From NCBI RefSeq assembly GCF_020745735.1, contig NC_083444.1:7384338-7448337 (forward strand): DNA of 64,000 nt, written 5' to 3'. Position 1 is the first letter of the stretch. The number at the start of each line of letters is the position of its first letter. Positions 1 to 12,984 of the stretch are shown here, piece by piece. A model generated the notes under the pieces. The model was not told the origin of the DNA. It made no database searches and worked only from the letters and a program-made list of their open reading frames with translations. This DNA comes from Hemiscyllium ocellatum (taxonomy: Eukaryota). Position numbers and translations under genes: made by a program.

Positions 1-635
1 CTGTTCTATATCTCACCCCTCAATTTAAAGCTATGCCCCCTTATGCTAGCCATCACCATCCGAGAAAAAAGGCTCTCACTGTCCACCCTCTCTAACCCTC
101 TGATTATACAGTATGTCTTAATTAAGTCACCTTCTTCTCTCTAATGAAAACAGCCTCAAGTCCCTCAGCCTTTCCTGATAAGACCTTCCCTCCATATCAG
201 GCAGCATCCTGGTAAATCTCCTCTGCACCCGTTCCAATGCTTCCACATACTTTCTATAATACGGTGACCAGAACTGTTTGCAATACTCCAAATGTGGCCG
301 CACCACAGCTGCGGCATGACCTCGTGACTCCGAAACCCAATTCCTCCACCAATAAAAGCTAACACAGTGTATCCTTTTTAACAACCCTATCAACTTGGGG
401 ACACCTCCAGGGATCTGTGTGCACGTGGACACCGAGATCTCTCTGCTCATCCACACTACCAAGAATCTTACCATTCGCCCAGTACACTCAATTCCTGTTA
501 CTCCTTCCAAAGTGGATCACCTCACACTTTTCTGCATTAAACTCCATTTGCCACCTCTCAGCCCAGCTCTGCACTTACCTATGTCCCTCTGTAATCTACA
601 ACATCCTTCTGCACTGTCCACTAAATTACCGCACC
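1..635 (-). mobile_element. CR1-clade LINE, RT C-terminal fragment
   Basis: ORF 127-510 contains [32 protein letters not shown], the CR1 RT C-terminus seen in many other copies here. Confidence 0.85.
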
Positions 636-1133
636 TCGTTAGCACCAAATCTACAAATTCCCCAAATAACTTTGCTGTCGAGCCCATGATTAATTTCATC
701 TTTGTGTTATCTAGTAGGGCAGTGAAAGAGTTGGAAAGGTTTGAATTTGGTGTTCGGTTTTCTTAGAATTCAGAGAGTCAGAAGTATTTCGCACTTGGTT
801 CAACAGGGAGGAGTCAAGGACAGACTGAAACATACAAGGCAAAACTGGATAAACACAGGAAGAGGGGTAGAGAGAGAAAGAGAGACAGAGAATAGCAGGA
901 ACAGGTAACAAGGTAAAATGCAGAGGAGCGTGGGAGAAGGGTTGCATAGTATGGAGACACCAGCAGGGAACAGATGGGCCGAATGGTTTATGAGTTTGAA
1001 ATTGGAGCCTGTGATAATTGCAACAATGTTTGATGGGAATTTGCAGAGGCGCTGGAGATTAGTTGAGTTTTGTTTACAGTTCTGGCTGCTTAATGCTTAC
1101 TTCTCTCTGTCTCTGTCTTATGAAGGATCAAAA

Positions 1134-1248
1134 ATGGCTTCCCCTGTTGTGGTGATGACACAGCCCCAACAAACCACTACCATCATCAGCACACAACCCA
1201 AAGGCTGGAACACTGGCATCTTCGAGTGTTGTGAAGATTGTGGGATCT
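1134..1248 (+). CDS. PLAC8/cornifelin-family protein, first coding exon (exon 1126-1248, ATG at 1134)
   Basis: Pyrimidine tract and AG at 1124-1125; MASPVVVMTQPQQTTTIISTQPKGWNTGIFECCEDCGI matches the PLAC8 N-terminal W.TG...CC.D motif; GT donor at 1249, phase 1, compatible with the next exon. Confidence 0.9.
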
Positions 1249-1454
1249 GTACGTATCAAGTCTCTCCTCTCCCATGCCCTCCAACTGTTTACACTTTCTT
1301 TGATTCTCACCCACCTACCCCCACCTTTCAGGGGCTGAAGCCCACCGTACTTTAATGTGAAGGATTTTGTGCGTACCAGATGCTGTGAGAGTCAACAGGG
1401 GTATTTGACTGCAGAGGCATCGCAATTGAGATGGTGGCATTCCTCAATGCATGC

Positions 1455-1581
1455 ACACAGACAGTGATGCACACACTTTCACATTCTCTCACACACACAC
1501 ATGCACACACTTTCACACTCCTTGTCACGCACTCACACAATCACTCATACATATGCACACTAACACACACACACTAACGTG

Positions 1582-1619
<38 letters not shown>

Positions 1620-2585
1620 TATGCATTCACTCTCTCACACATAAACACACACATATACACACACAAACACACACTATCTTACACACACACACATACACTG
1701 TCAAACTCACTCTCACACCTATACACACACTCACACACGCTCCCACTCTCATACACACACTAACACACTCACACATGTACACACACATACACGCACTCTC
1801 ACACCTATATACACACACACATACACTCACACACACACATACTCGCATACACACACACTCTCACCCACACACATGCACAATCTCACACACACACAAACAC
1901 ACACATACACACACACATAAACATACACATACCCATTCACTCTCACACAAACATAGACACACACCCACAAACACACACACAGAGACACTCTCACGCATAC
2001 ACACACACATACACACACACAATTTCACACATATACATACAAACACACACATACTCCCAGTCTCTCTCGCACACACACACTCACACACATGCATGCACAC
2101 TAACACACTCACATAAGCATGTACACACACATACGCACACTAACACACACACGAATATGCACATTCACTCTCACACACACATAGGCACACACAACCACAC
2201 ACACATACACATACATACACAAACTCACACACACATTCTCACACATATACACACACACTCACACACACACACGTACACTCACNNNNNNNNNNNNNNNNNN
2301 NNNNNNNNNNNNNNNNNNNNNNNNNNNNNNNNNNNNNNNNNNNNNNNNNNNNNNNNNNNNNNNNNNNNNNNNNNNNNNNNNNNNNNNNNNNNNNNNNNNN
2401 NNNNNNNNNNNNNNNNNNNNNNNNNNNNNNNNNNNNNNNNNNNNNNNNNNNNNNNNNNNNNNNNNNNNNNNNNNNNNNNNNNCTCTCACATACCTGCACA
2501 CATATACACACACATGCACACACGCAGACACACATGTACGCACACAGACACACACACACACTCACTCACACACAGTCTCACATAC
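1455..2585. repeat. Degenerate (CA)n/(CT)n microsatellite tract spanning a 200-N gap (2283-2482)
   Basis: Visible CA-dinucleotide tract; it produces the spurious His/Thr and Cys/Val ORFs. Confidence 0.95.
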
Positions 2586-2878
2586 AGCTCCCCATCCACT
2601 GCCCTGCTCCACCTTGCCATACGCCTGTCAGATTTGTGATGTAATTACCAGCTTCTTTTGTGGTGAATAAGGTTAAAATTATGTGGAACAACTTTCTTAA
2701 AGCTGGGGCTTTTGGACAGGAACTATTGCATTATGCATAGCCCCAAACAGGAAATAGCTACACATTCCTCCATTGGAATGTTTAGTCATGGAAATATTGA
2801 ATAATTCCTTTGAGAACCAATTAAGCATAAAAAAATGTGACTATACTAGAATATAACGTACAACAGGAGCATGAGGGC

Positions 2879-2970
2879 CTGATGAAGGGCTTATGCTCGA
2901 AACGTCGAATTCCCTATTCCTGAGATGCTGCCTGGCCTGCTGTGCTTTGACCAGCAACACATTTTCAGCG
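2879..2970 (+). mobile_element. Penelope-like element 3' tail fragment beginning at the hammerhead core
   Basis: CTGATGAagggcttatgctcGAAACGTCgaat followed by gatgctgcctggcctgctgtgctttgaccagcaacacattttcagc, the same tail as 24412-24505. Confidence 0.8.
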
Positions 2971-2985
2971 GCATTAAAGTTAAGC

Positions 2986-3565
2986 CTCCTCTACACTGTG
3001 TCCATTAAACACTCCCAGGACAGGGTCAGCACAGGGTTAGATACAGAGTAAAGCTCCCTCTCCATTGTCCCATCAAACACTCCCAGGACAGGGACAGCAA
3101 GGGGGTTAGATACAGAGTAAATCTCCCTCTCCACTGTCCCAATAAACACTTCCAGGACAGGGGCAGCATGGGGGTTACATACAGAGTAAATCTCCCTTTC
3201 CACTGTCCCAATAAACATTCCCAGGACAGGGACAGCATGGGATTAGATTCAGAGTAAAGCTCCCTCTACACCGTTCCCCCATCAAACACTCCCAGGACAG
3301 GGACAGCACAGCGTTAGATACAGAGTAATTCTTCCTCTCCACTGTCCCCCATCAAACATTCCCAGGACAGGGACAGCACGGGATTAGATAAAGAGTAAAG
3401 CTCCCTCTACACCGTCCCCTCATCAAATACTGCCAGGTCAGGGACGGCACAAGGTTAGATGCAGAGTAAATCTCCCTGTACATTGTCCCCCATCAAACAC
3501 ACCAAGGACAAGGACAGGACGGGGTTAGTTACAGAGTAAAGCAGCTTCTACATTGTCCCTATTAA
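2986..3565 (+). repeat. ~69-bp minisatellite, about 8 units
   Basis: Unit gggacagcacggggttagatacagagtaaagctccctctacactgtccccatcaaacactcccaggaca; period 68-69 bp (3021, 3089, 3158). Confidence 0.95.
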
Positions 3566-3679
3566 ATGGTTACGGTGAGATTGAGTTGCAGAAGTTGAAA
3601 TAATGAAGAGTTGTGAGGAAGTGACCAAGGGGAGACAGTTAGGATTGATTGGTAATGGCAAGTGGAAGCAAGTGGAAGC

Positions 3680-3980
3680 GGGCGGCATGGTGGCACAGTG
3701 GTTAGCACTGCTGCCTCACAGCGCCAGAGAGCCAGGTTCAATTCTCGCCTCAGGTGACTGACTGTTTGCACCTTCTCCCCGTGTCTGTGTGGGTTTCCTC
3801 CGGGTGCTCCGGTTTCCTCCCACAGTCACAAAGATGTGCGGGTCAGGTGAATTGGCCATGCTAAATTGCCCGTAGTGTTAGGTAGGGGTTAAATGTAGGG
3901 GTACAGGTGGGTTGTGCTTCGGCGGGTCGGTGTGGACTTGTTGGGCCGAAGGGCCTGTTTCCACACTGTAAGTAATCTAA
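3680..3980 (+). mobile_element. tRNA-derived V-SINE (HE1-like), single-unit form
   Basis: A box tggcacagtgg, B box ggttcaattc, central gtttcctcccacagt domain, tail gggcctgtttccacactgtaagtaatctaa. Confidence 0.9.
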
Positions 3981-4689
3981 ATATGTCTAATAGTCAAAAC
4001 AGAGGAGAAGACCGTTGTTTTAACACAATGGTCAGGTGTGTGCTGCGGTCAGGTGTGTGCTGCATGGAAAGGGCAAAGGGACACGGGCCATGGGGAACAT
4101 TCAGAAGGGGAAGCTGGAGGGATAGCCAAAGCATAGGAATGTTGAAAGGTCTTGGGGAAGGAGAGTATAGGGAGTAGTGTAGTGGTGATGGTTCTTACTG
4201 AATCACCTTTTCAGTCAGTTATCATCGTTAACAATGGGCTGAATGGCTTCCATGTTGGGGACAACCCAGAAGACTGGGCCATTTCCTGATGGCCATTCCC
4301 TGTTTGCTCTGGAGCTGTGCTCTGCTCTGTTTCGAACCCAAAAGCAAGCATCTTCCTTTCTCGAATAGGCTTGCAACAGCCTGAGAAACTAGGCCTCAGT
4401 CCTTCCGCTGAGGCTAAGACAGCACAGGAGTCTCCCAGAAGCCCAGGGGATTGGCTCCTAATCAGGAAGAGGCAGCAGATGGTTCAGGAAATTTGCCTGA
4501 AGCCTGTACAGAAGGCCCAAAGGATAAAATTACAAAATAACCTCCCACTCTTCTCCCTCTCCCCCGCATTCTCCTCACTCAATCCTGGCTCCTCTACCTT
4601 TGTTCCAACAGGAAAACATGCGAACATTTTTGCTTATTAATGATTTTGATGAGGAATAATCCCTTTACATTTGTAGAGAATCTTTATAG

Positions 4690-5000
4690 ATTCTCTACAG
4701 TGTGGAAACAGGCCCTTCAGCCCAACATGTCCACACCAACCCTCCGAAGAGTGACCCACCTAGACCCATTCCCCCTACCTTATATTTACCCCTGACTAAT
4801 GCACCTAACCTACACATCCCGAACACTTTGGGCAATTTAGCGTGGCCAATTTACCTGAACCTGCACATTTTTGGACTGTGGGAGGAAACCGGAGCACCCA
4901 GAGGAAACCTACGCAGACACAGGGGAGAATGCGCAAACTCCACACAGATAGTCGCCCGGGGCTGGAATCGAACCTGGGACCCCCGGTGATGTGGGGCAGC
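4690..5000 (-). mobile_element. V-SINE (HE1-like), 5' truncated
   Basis: Reverse complement of the same SINE body. Confidence 0.85.
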
Positions 5001-5019
5001 AAAATGATTAAGATAAGAA

Positions 5020-6365
5020 TTGAGAAGGCATGGTTAGTCAGTTTGCGGATGACGCCAAAATCAGTGGTATAGTAGACAGTGAAGAAGGTTATCTAAGATT
5101 ATAATGGGATCTTGATGTATGGGGTCAATAGACTGAAGAGTGGCAGATGGGGTTTAATTTGGATAAATGTGAGATTATTTTGCATTTTGGTAAAACTGAC
5201 AGAGGCAGGGCATGCACAATTAAAATTCAGGCCCTGGGTAGTGTTGTAGAAGAGAAGGACCTCGGAGTTCAGGTACATAATTCTTTGATGTTTGTGTCAC
5301 AGGTAGACAGGGGGGTTAAGAAGGTGTTTAGTACATTTGCCTTCATTGCTCAAACCTTTGAATATAGGAGTTGGGACGTCATGTTGAGGTTGTATAGGAT
5401 ATTGCTGAGGCCTCTTCTGGAGAACTGTGTCTAGTTCTGGTCACCCTGTTATAGGAAGGTTCATAGAGTCATAGAGATGTACAGCATGGAAACAGACCCT
5501 TCGGTCCTACCCATCCACGCTGACTAGATATCCCAACCCAATCTAGTCCCACCTGTCAGCACCCGGTCCATATTCCTCCAAACCCTTCCTATTCATATAC
5601 CCGTCCAAATGCCTTTTAAATGTTGTAATTGTACCAGCCTTCACCACATCCTCTGGCAGCTCATTCCATACATGTACCACCCTCTGTGTGAAAAAGTTGC
5701 CCCTTAGGTCTCTTTTATATCTTTCCCCTCTCACCCTAAACCTATGCCCTCTCGTTCTGGACTCCCCGACCCCAGGAAAAATACTTGTCTACTTATCCTA
5801 TCCATGCCCCTCATAATTCTGTAAACCTCTATAAGGTCACCCCTCAGCCTCCGATGCTCCAGGGAAAATAGCCCCAGCCTGTTCAGCCTCTCCCTATAGC
5901 TCAAATCCTCCAACCCTGGCAACATCCTTGTAAATCTTTCCTGAACCCTTTCAAATTTCACAACATCTTTCTGATAGGAAGGAGACCAGAATTGCACACA
6001 ATATTTCAAGAATGGCTGAACCAATGTCCTGGAGAGGATTCAGAAAACATTTACCAGGATGTTGTCAGGATTGGAGGGTTTGAGTTATAAGGAGAGGCAG
6101 GATAGGCTGGGACTTTTTTCATTGGATTATCGGAGGCTGAGGGGTGACCTCATAGAGATTTATAAAATCATGAGGGGTATAGGTAAGGTGAGTGGCTTTT
6201 CCCTAGGTTGGGGGATTTCAAGACTACGGGCACATTTTTAAGGTGAGAGGAGAAAGATTTAAAAACGATACGAGGAACAACTTTTTTGAACAGAGAGTGG
6301 TTTGTGTGTGGAATGAACTTCCTGAGGAAGTGGTGGATGTGAGTCCAATTAAACTGTTTAAAAGT
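5020..6365. mobile_element. CR1 RT fragment (+) interrupted by an opposite-strand CR1 3' end (~5461-6030)
   Basis: ORFs 5147-5434 and 6059-6241 (+) continue the same RT region around minus-strand ORFs 5543-6024 and a catagagtcatagag tail. Confidence 0.8.
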
Positions 6366-6367
6366 GT

Positions 6368-7067
6368 CATGGTGGCTCAGTAGTTAGCACTGCTGCCTCA
6401 CGCTGCTAGGGACCAGAGCTCGATTCCGCCCTTGGGCGACTGTCTGCGTGGAGTTTGCATGGTCTCCCAATGTCTGTGTGGGTTTTTCCTCTAGCAACCC
6501 AAAGATGTGCAGGTTAGGGTGGATTGGCCGTGCTAACTTCCCCCATAGTGCTCAGGGATGTGCAGGTTAGGGTGGATTGGCCGTGCTAAATTGCTCCATA
6601 CAGTCCAAGGATGTGCAGGTTAGGGTGGATTGGCCGTGCTAAATTGTCTCATTGTGTCCCGGGATGTGCAGGTTAGGGTGGTTAGGCCGTGCTAAATTGT
6701 CTCATTGTGTCCCGGGATGTGCAGGTTAGGGTGGATTGGCCATGCTAAATTGCTCCATAGTGTCCAGGGATGTGCAAATTTGGGTGGATTAGCCGTGCTA
6801 AATTGTCCCATAGTGTCCAGGGATGTGCAGGTTCGGGTGAATTGGCCATGCTAAATTGCCCCATAGTGCCCGGGGATGTGCAGGTTACGGTGGGTTGGCC
6901 ATGCTAAATAGCCCCATAGTGCCCAGGAATGTATAGGTTAGGCGTATTAGTCAGGGGCAAATGGATAGAAATAGGATAGGCGATGGGTTTGGGTGGGATA
7001 CTCTTCGGAGGGTCGATGTGGACTTGTTGGGTCTGTTTCCACACTGTGGGGATTCTATGATGTATGA
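6368..7067 (+). mobile_element. V-SINE with internal 53-bp tandem array (~6500-6940, about 8 units)
   Basis: SINE head and tail flank repeated gggatgtgcaggttagggtggattggccgtgctaaattgtcccatagtgccca. Confidence 0.9.
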
Positions 7068-7554
7068 AATGACATTTGAATACGGAAAGTTTTAAGGGAC
7101 AGGGGTCAAGAGCAGGCAGATGGGACTAGTTTAATTTGGGATTATATCCAGCATGGGGTGGTTGGGCTAAAGGGTCTGTTTCAGTGCTGCAGGACACCTC
7201 CTTGAAAATGCTTCGGCCTCAACCAATTTCCGGAGCAGAGATTGACGTGGGAGAGCACGGGGCTGACCTTTTTATCAAGGGAACTAGCAACGCAGGTTTC
7301 CATTTAAGTCAGAGAGTGATTAGGGACTGTTGTGGAAACAAAGTTTCCTTGCAAGGGAATCACAAAATGCCAACATGTGGGACCCACGCACGAGGAATGC
7401 CAATGGAATGTTGAGTGCCAAAGCATTGGCACTTTAAAGGTAGAATGACCATCTTTTAGTTGGCCAGGACATTGGCCAGTCAATGCAGGGGGATCTATGT
7501 CGAGTTTTGCCTCCCTTATTTGTCCCAGAAGTAGCTCAAAGAAGATTCACTCAG

Positions 7555-8300
7555 CTGTAACAAGAGTAACAAGAAGATGGGGTACAGGGCTAATGGTCAG
7601 ATACATGGTAGTGTGGATGAGCAGAGGGATCTTGGTGTCCATGTACACAGATCTCTGAAAATTGCCACCCAGGTAAATAGAGCTGTGAAGAAGGCATATG
7701 GCTACTGGCTTTTATTGGTAGAGGAATTGAGTTCCGGAATCCTGAGGTCATGTTGCAGTTGTATAAGGCTCTGGTGCGGCCGCATCTGGAGTATTGTGTG
7801 CAGTTTTGGTCACCATACTATAGGAAGGATGTGGAGGCACTGGAATGGGTGCAGAGGATGTTTACCAGGATGTTGCCTGGTATGGTAGGAAGATCGTATG
7901 AGGAAAGGCTGAGGCACTTGGGGCTGTTTTCATTGGAGAAAAGAAGGTTTAGGGGTGACTTGATAGAGGTGTACAAGATGATTAGGGGTTTAGATAGGGT
8001 TGACCATGAGAACCTTTTTCCACGTATGGAGTCAGCTATTAGGAGGGGGCATAGCTTTAAATTAAGGGGAGGTAGGTTTCGGACAGATGTTAGGGATAGA
8101 TTCTTTACTCAGCGAGTCGTGAGTTCATGGAATGCCCTGCCAGTAACAGTGGTGGACTCTCCCTCTTTATGGGCATTTAAACGGGCATTGGATAGGCTTA
8201 TGGAGGATAGTGGGCTCGTGTAGGTTAGGTGAGCTTGGATCAACATCGAGGGCCAAAGGGCCTGTACTGCACTGTATTTTTCTATGTTCTATGTTCTATG
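7555..8300 (+). mobile_element. CR1 3' fragment, same subfamily as 29850-33600
   Basis: ORF 7750-8223 is almost identical to the C-terminus of ORF 32713-33519; ctatgttctatgtt tail. Confidence 0.9.
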
Positions 8301-9369
8301 TCTCCTGGGAAGAAGATATCTTTGTCTTCCGTTGGGATGCTGTCGTTCAGAAAATGGGAGCCAATCGCTTTTGGACTCTGCAAAGTTCTGAGGGTTTATA
8401 GAAAAGCAAAATGCTGGAAATCTGAAATGGATGGTAGGGAGTTTAGGGATAACCTTATAGAGGCATAAATAAATATCTGGATGAGAATTGAATAGTGTAG
8501 GATAGATGGGCTTTAGATTGGTTCTACAGGTCGGTGCAACATTGAGGGCCGAAGGGCCTGTACTGTGCTGTATTGTTATATGTTCAAAGGTCTTTTCCCG
8601 AGGGTGGGGGAGTTCAGAACTGGGGAGGCCATACTTTTAAGGTGGGAGCAGAAAGGACATGAGGGGCAACATTTTCACAACAGACGGTGGTTCGTGTGTG
8701 GAATGAACTTCCTGAGGAAGTGGTGGATGTGAGTACAGTTCCAACGTTTCAGAGACATTTGGATAGGTACATGGAAAGGAAAGGTTTAGAGGTTTATGGG
8801 CCAGGAGCAGGCAGGTGGGGCTAGTTTGGTTTGGGATTATGGTCAGCATGGACGGGTTGGGCCAAAGGGTCTGTTTCAGTGCTGGATGACTCTGTGAGAA
8901 TAGACAGACAATAGATACTGGACTGGCTTGGCAAGATTAACAAGAGCTAACATTTTGAATCCAGTACAACTCTCCTTCAGAACACTGCTTCTTCAAATCT
9001 TCAATGTCCCAAAGAGTCATTGCTGACTAGAGATCTTCCTCTCTCCACAGATCCTGCTCAATGTCTCTCAGGTTCTGAGGGAGGGAATGGGGCTGGGGGG
9101 AGCTTAGGTGTCAGGAGAATGTGACTCTCCCACCCCGTCAGTGTATGAACAGTTTCAAAATGTTGACTCGCTCATGTTGAGATGGAATGTCTTCCCTCAG
9201 AGAGTCTCTTGGTATTTTTTTGGAATTCCCTTCCAGGCTTGTGAAAGTATCCAAGGCCAAGATCGAACCATAGGTGAGGTCATGAGAAGGGGGAGAGCAG
9301 GATGTGGGCCGCGATGCTATGGAATGCTGGAACAAACTGGAAGGGCTGAGTGGCCTTACTCCATCTCTT

Positions 9370-10815
9370 ATTTCAAACAGTAGAAAGTGCATTTGGCCAC
9401 TGTCGTGATGGCCAGTTCAATTTGTCGATGACATTTGTTGACCTACTCTTGGGAAATAAGGCAGGGCAGGTGACTGAGGTGTCAGTGGGGGAGAACTTTG
9501 GGGCCAGCGACCATAATTCTATCAGATTTGAAATAGTGATGGAAAAGGATAGACCAGATCTTAGAGTTGAAGTTCTAAATTGGAGAAAGGCCAATTTTGA
9601 CGGTATTAGGCAAGAACGTTCGAAAGCTGATTGGGGGCAGATTTTCGCAGGTAAAGGGATGGCTGGAAAATGGGAAGCCTTCAGAAATGAGATATCGAGA
9701 GTCCAGAGAAAGTATATTCCTGTCAGGGTGAAAGGAAAGGCTGGTAGGTATAGGGAATGCTGTATGACTAAAGAAATTGAGGGTTTGTTTAAGAAAAAGA
9801 AGGAAGCATATGTAAGGTATAGATAGGAGAGATCGGGTGAATCTTTGGAAGAGTATTAAGGCAGTAGGAATATACTTAAGAGGGAAACCAGGAGGGCAAA
9901 AAGGGGACATGAAATAGCTTTGGCAAATAGAATTAGGGAGAATCCAAAGAGTTTTTACAAATATATTAAGGACAAAAGGGTAACTAGGGAGAGAATAGGG
10001 CCCCTCAAAGATCAAATAAATGTGAGGTGCTGCATTTTGGGAAAGCAAATCTTAGCAGGACTTATACACTTAATGGTAAGGTCCTAGGGAGTGTTGCTGA
10101 ACAAAGACACCTTGGAGTGCAGGTTCATAGCTCTTTGAAAGTGGAGTCGCAGATAGGATAGTGAAGAAGGCGTTTGGTATGCTTTCCTTTTTTGGTCAGA
10201 GTATTGAGTACAGGAGTTGGGAGGTCATGTTGCGGCTGTACAGGACATTGGTTAGGCCATTGTTGGAATATCGTGTACAATTCTGGTTTCCTTCCTATCG
10301 GAAAGATGTTGTGAAACTTGAAAGGGTTGGGTTCAGAAAAGATTTACAAGAATGTCGTCACGGTTGGAGGATTTGAGCTATAGGGAGAGGCTGAACAGGC
10401 TGGGGCTAATTTCCCTGGAGCGTCGGAGGCTGAGAGGTGACCTTATAGAGGTTTACAAAATTATGAGGGGCATGGATAGGGTAAATAGGCAAAGTCTTTT
10501 CCCTGGGGTTGGGGAGTTCAGAACTAGAGGACATAGGTTTACGGTGAGAGGGGAAAGATATAAAAGAGACCTAAGGGGCAACTTTTTCACAGAGAGGGTG
10601 GTACGTGTATGGAATGAGCTGCCAGAGGAAGTGGTGGAGGCTGTACAATTGCAACATTTAAGAGGCATTTGGATGGGTATATGAATAGGAAGGGTTTGGA
10701 GGGATATGGGCCAGGTGCTGGTAGGTGGGACTAGATTGGGTTGGGATATCTGGTCGGCGTGGACGGGTTGGACCGAAGGGTCTGTTTCCGTGCTGTACAT
10801 CTCTATGACTCTAAG
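9370..10815 (+). mobile_element. CR1 ORF2 pieces (endonuclease-RT linker joined to the 3' end, internal deletion near 10015)
   Basis: ORF 9350-9826 (GENFGASDHNSIRF) and ORFs 10161-10684 (RT C-terminus); catctctatgactct tail. Confidence 0.85.
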
Positions 10816-11302
10816 AACGTGACAATGATGAGGCAGTTTCCTCATAACGTTAGTTGAGGGAGAAGGATTGGATGAGTCACAGAGCAGAGCACCGTCAAAG
10901 CTTTCTCTTATTACAATTATTTTAAAAATTCATTTGTTGGATGAGGGCATCTCTGGTTAGGACCAGCATTTATTGTCCATCCCCAGATGCCCCGAGGGCA
11001 GTTTAAGGGTCAACCATCATTGGACTGTGGGCTTGGGGTCACATAGAGGTCAGACCAGATCAGGTTGGCAGCTTCTGTCCCTCACGGGTGAACCAGATGG
11101 GCTTTTCCCACAATGGATTCACGGTTAAGATTCTTTAATTCCAGGTTTGCATTGGATTCAAATCCATGCTTCTGCCATGGCAGGATTTGAACCCAAGTCC
11201 CCCAGAACATTAACTGCCTCCCTGGATTAACAGTCTAGCAATAATATCACTAGGCCATCCTTTTGCACTATTGAAGTTATCTGGCACAGCTGAGCCATTC
11301 AT

Positions 11303-12364
11303 TGGTGGCTCAGTGGTTAGCACTGCTGCCTCACAGCGCCAGGGACTCAGGTTTGATTCCATGCCCAGGCCAACTGCCTGTGTGGAGTTTGTACATTCCC
11401 CCCATGTCTGCATGGGTTTCCTCCGGGTGCTCTGGTTTCCTCCCACAGTCCAAAGCTGTGCAGGTTAGGGTGGATTGGCCATGCTAAATTGCCCCATAGT
11501 GCCCAGGGATGTGCAGGTTAGGGTGGAATGGCTGTGCTAAATTGTCCCATAGTGGTCAGGGATGTGCAGGTTAGGGTGGATTGGCTGTGCTAAATTGTCC
11601 CATAGTGCCCAGGGATGTGCAGGTTAGGGTGGATCGGCCTTGCTAAATGGTCCCATAATGCCCAGGGATGTGCAGGTTAGGGTGGATTGGCTGTGCTAAA
11701 TTGTCCCATAGTGCCCAGGGATGTGCAGGTTAGGGTGAATTGGCCGTGCTAAATGGTCCCATAATGCCCAGGGATGTGCAGGTTAGGGTGGATTGGCCAT
11801 GCTAAATTGTCCCATGGTGCCCAGGGATGTGCAGGTTAGGGTGGATCGGCCATGCTAAATTGTTGAGGTAAAAATAATGACTGCAGATGCTGGAAACCAG
11901 ATTCTGGATTAGTGGTGCTGGAAGAGCACAGCAGTTCAGGCAGCATCCAAAGTGCAGCGAAATCGACGTTTCGGGCAAAAGTCCTTCATCAGGAATTGCT
12001 TTTGCCCGAAACGTCGATTTCGCTGCACTTTGGATGCTGCCTGAACTGCTGTGCTCTTCCAGCACCACTGATCCAGAACATGCTAAATTGTCTCATAGTG
12101 TCCAGGGATGTGCAGATTCAGATGGATCGGCCGTGCTAAACTGTCCCATAGTGCCCAGGGATGTGCAGGTTAGGGTGGATTGGCCGTGCTAAATTGTCCC
12201 ATAGTGCCCAGGGATGTGCAGGTTAGGGTGGATCGGCCATGCTAAATTGTCCCATAGTGCCCAGGGAATTGTGGGTTAGCCAGGGGAAATACAGGGTCGC
12301 AGGGATTGGGATACTCTTTGGAGGGTTGGTGTGGACTGGATGGGCCTGCTCCTGTAGGGACTCC
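11303..12364 (+). mobile_element. V-SINE with 53-bp array (~11455-12265) interrupted by a Penelope-derived insert
   Basis: SINE head at ~11303, about 11 array units, tail near 12350. Confidence 0.9.
11864..12078. mobile_element. Palindromic Penelope-like tail insert with 13-bp target-site duplication
   Basis: Minus-strand tail (11864-11995) joined to plus-strand tail (11997-12078); catgctaaattgt at 11851-11863 and 12079-12091. Confidence 0.85.
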
Positions 12365-12984
12365 TTGCTTCAGCGGAATATCTAATGTCTTTTTAAAACA
12401 GAAACAAGAAGCTCTGAGTGCAGATATTCCCTCAGCTCTGCATTGGGATAGCAGCCTGCATTGCTGGTGTCTGAGAATTTGAACCTAGAAACACTAATTC
12501 CTGCCCACCCTGAGGCATGTCCAAATAGTACCATTCCCACAATTGGAAAGGTGTGTACTAAAAACAGAAAGCGTGGTGAGATTTAAGTCAGTTCAGCTTG
12601 AATGAATGACGTGTCTCATGAAATTAGCATTGCCCCTCCCCCGTAGTGCTCTGTCTCTGTGTGTGTCTCTCTCTCTCTGCCAACTGGTTTCGCTTTATTG
12701 AACTCAGTTTGTAGGATGACTGCGCTCCAAACATTTACCCAAGGGCATTGACTGAAACAATAATCTCACAGAGCTTCCCAGTTTCAAAAACAAAGTTAAA
12801 AATACCTTTGATTGTGTTCGCAAACACACCCAGTGCACAGCTGGAGTGGTAACTAACCCTTGTGTGGGGGGTGGTGGGGGTGGGAAGGGAGCACTCAATT
12901 ACATCATCACTGAGTGATTCAGCAGAAAGATTGAGGCCATTCACGCCATGCTGGCTCTGTGAGGAATCCGTCTCACTCCTCTCT

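Noticed and set aside
918-1125. N-terminal extension of ORF 918-1355 upstream of the PLAC8 ATG
   Set aside because: A clear splice acceptor at 1124-1125 and family homology starting at Met 1134 indicate this is intron
1451-2639. Long His/Thr-rich and Cys/Val-rich ORFs (also 12862-13763 and 42642-43545)
   Set aside because: Translations of (CA)n microsatellites, some running through N gaps; not genes
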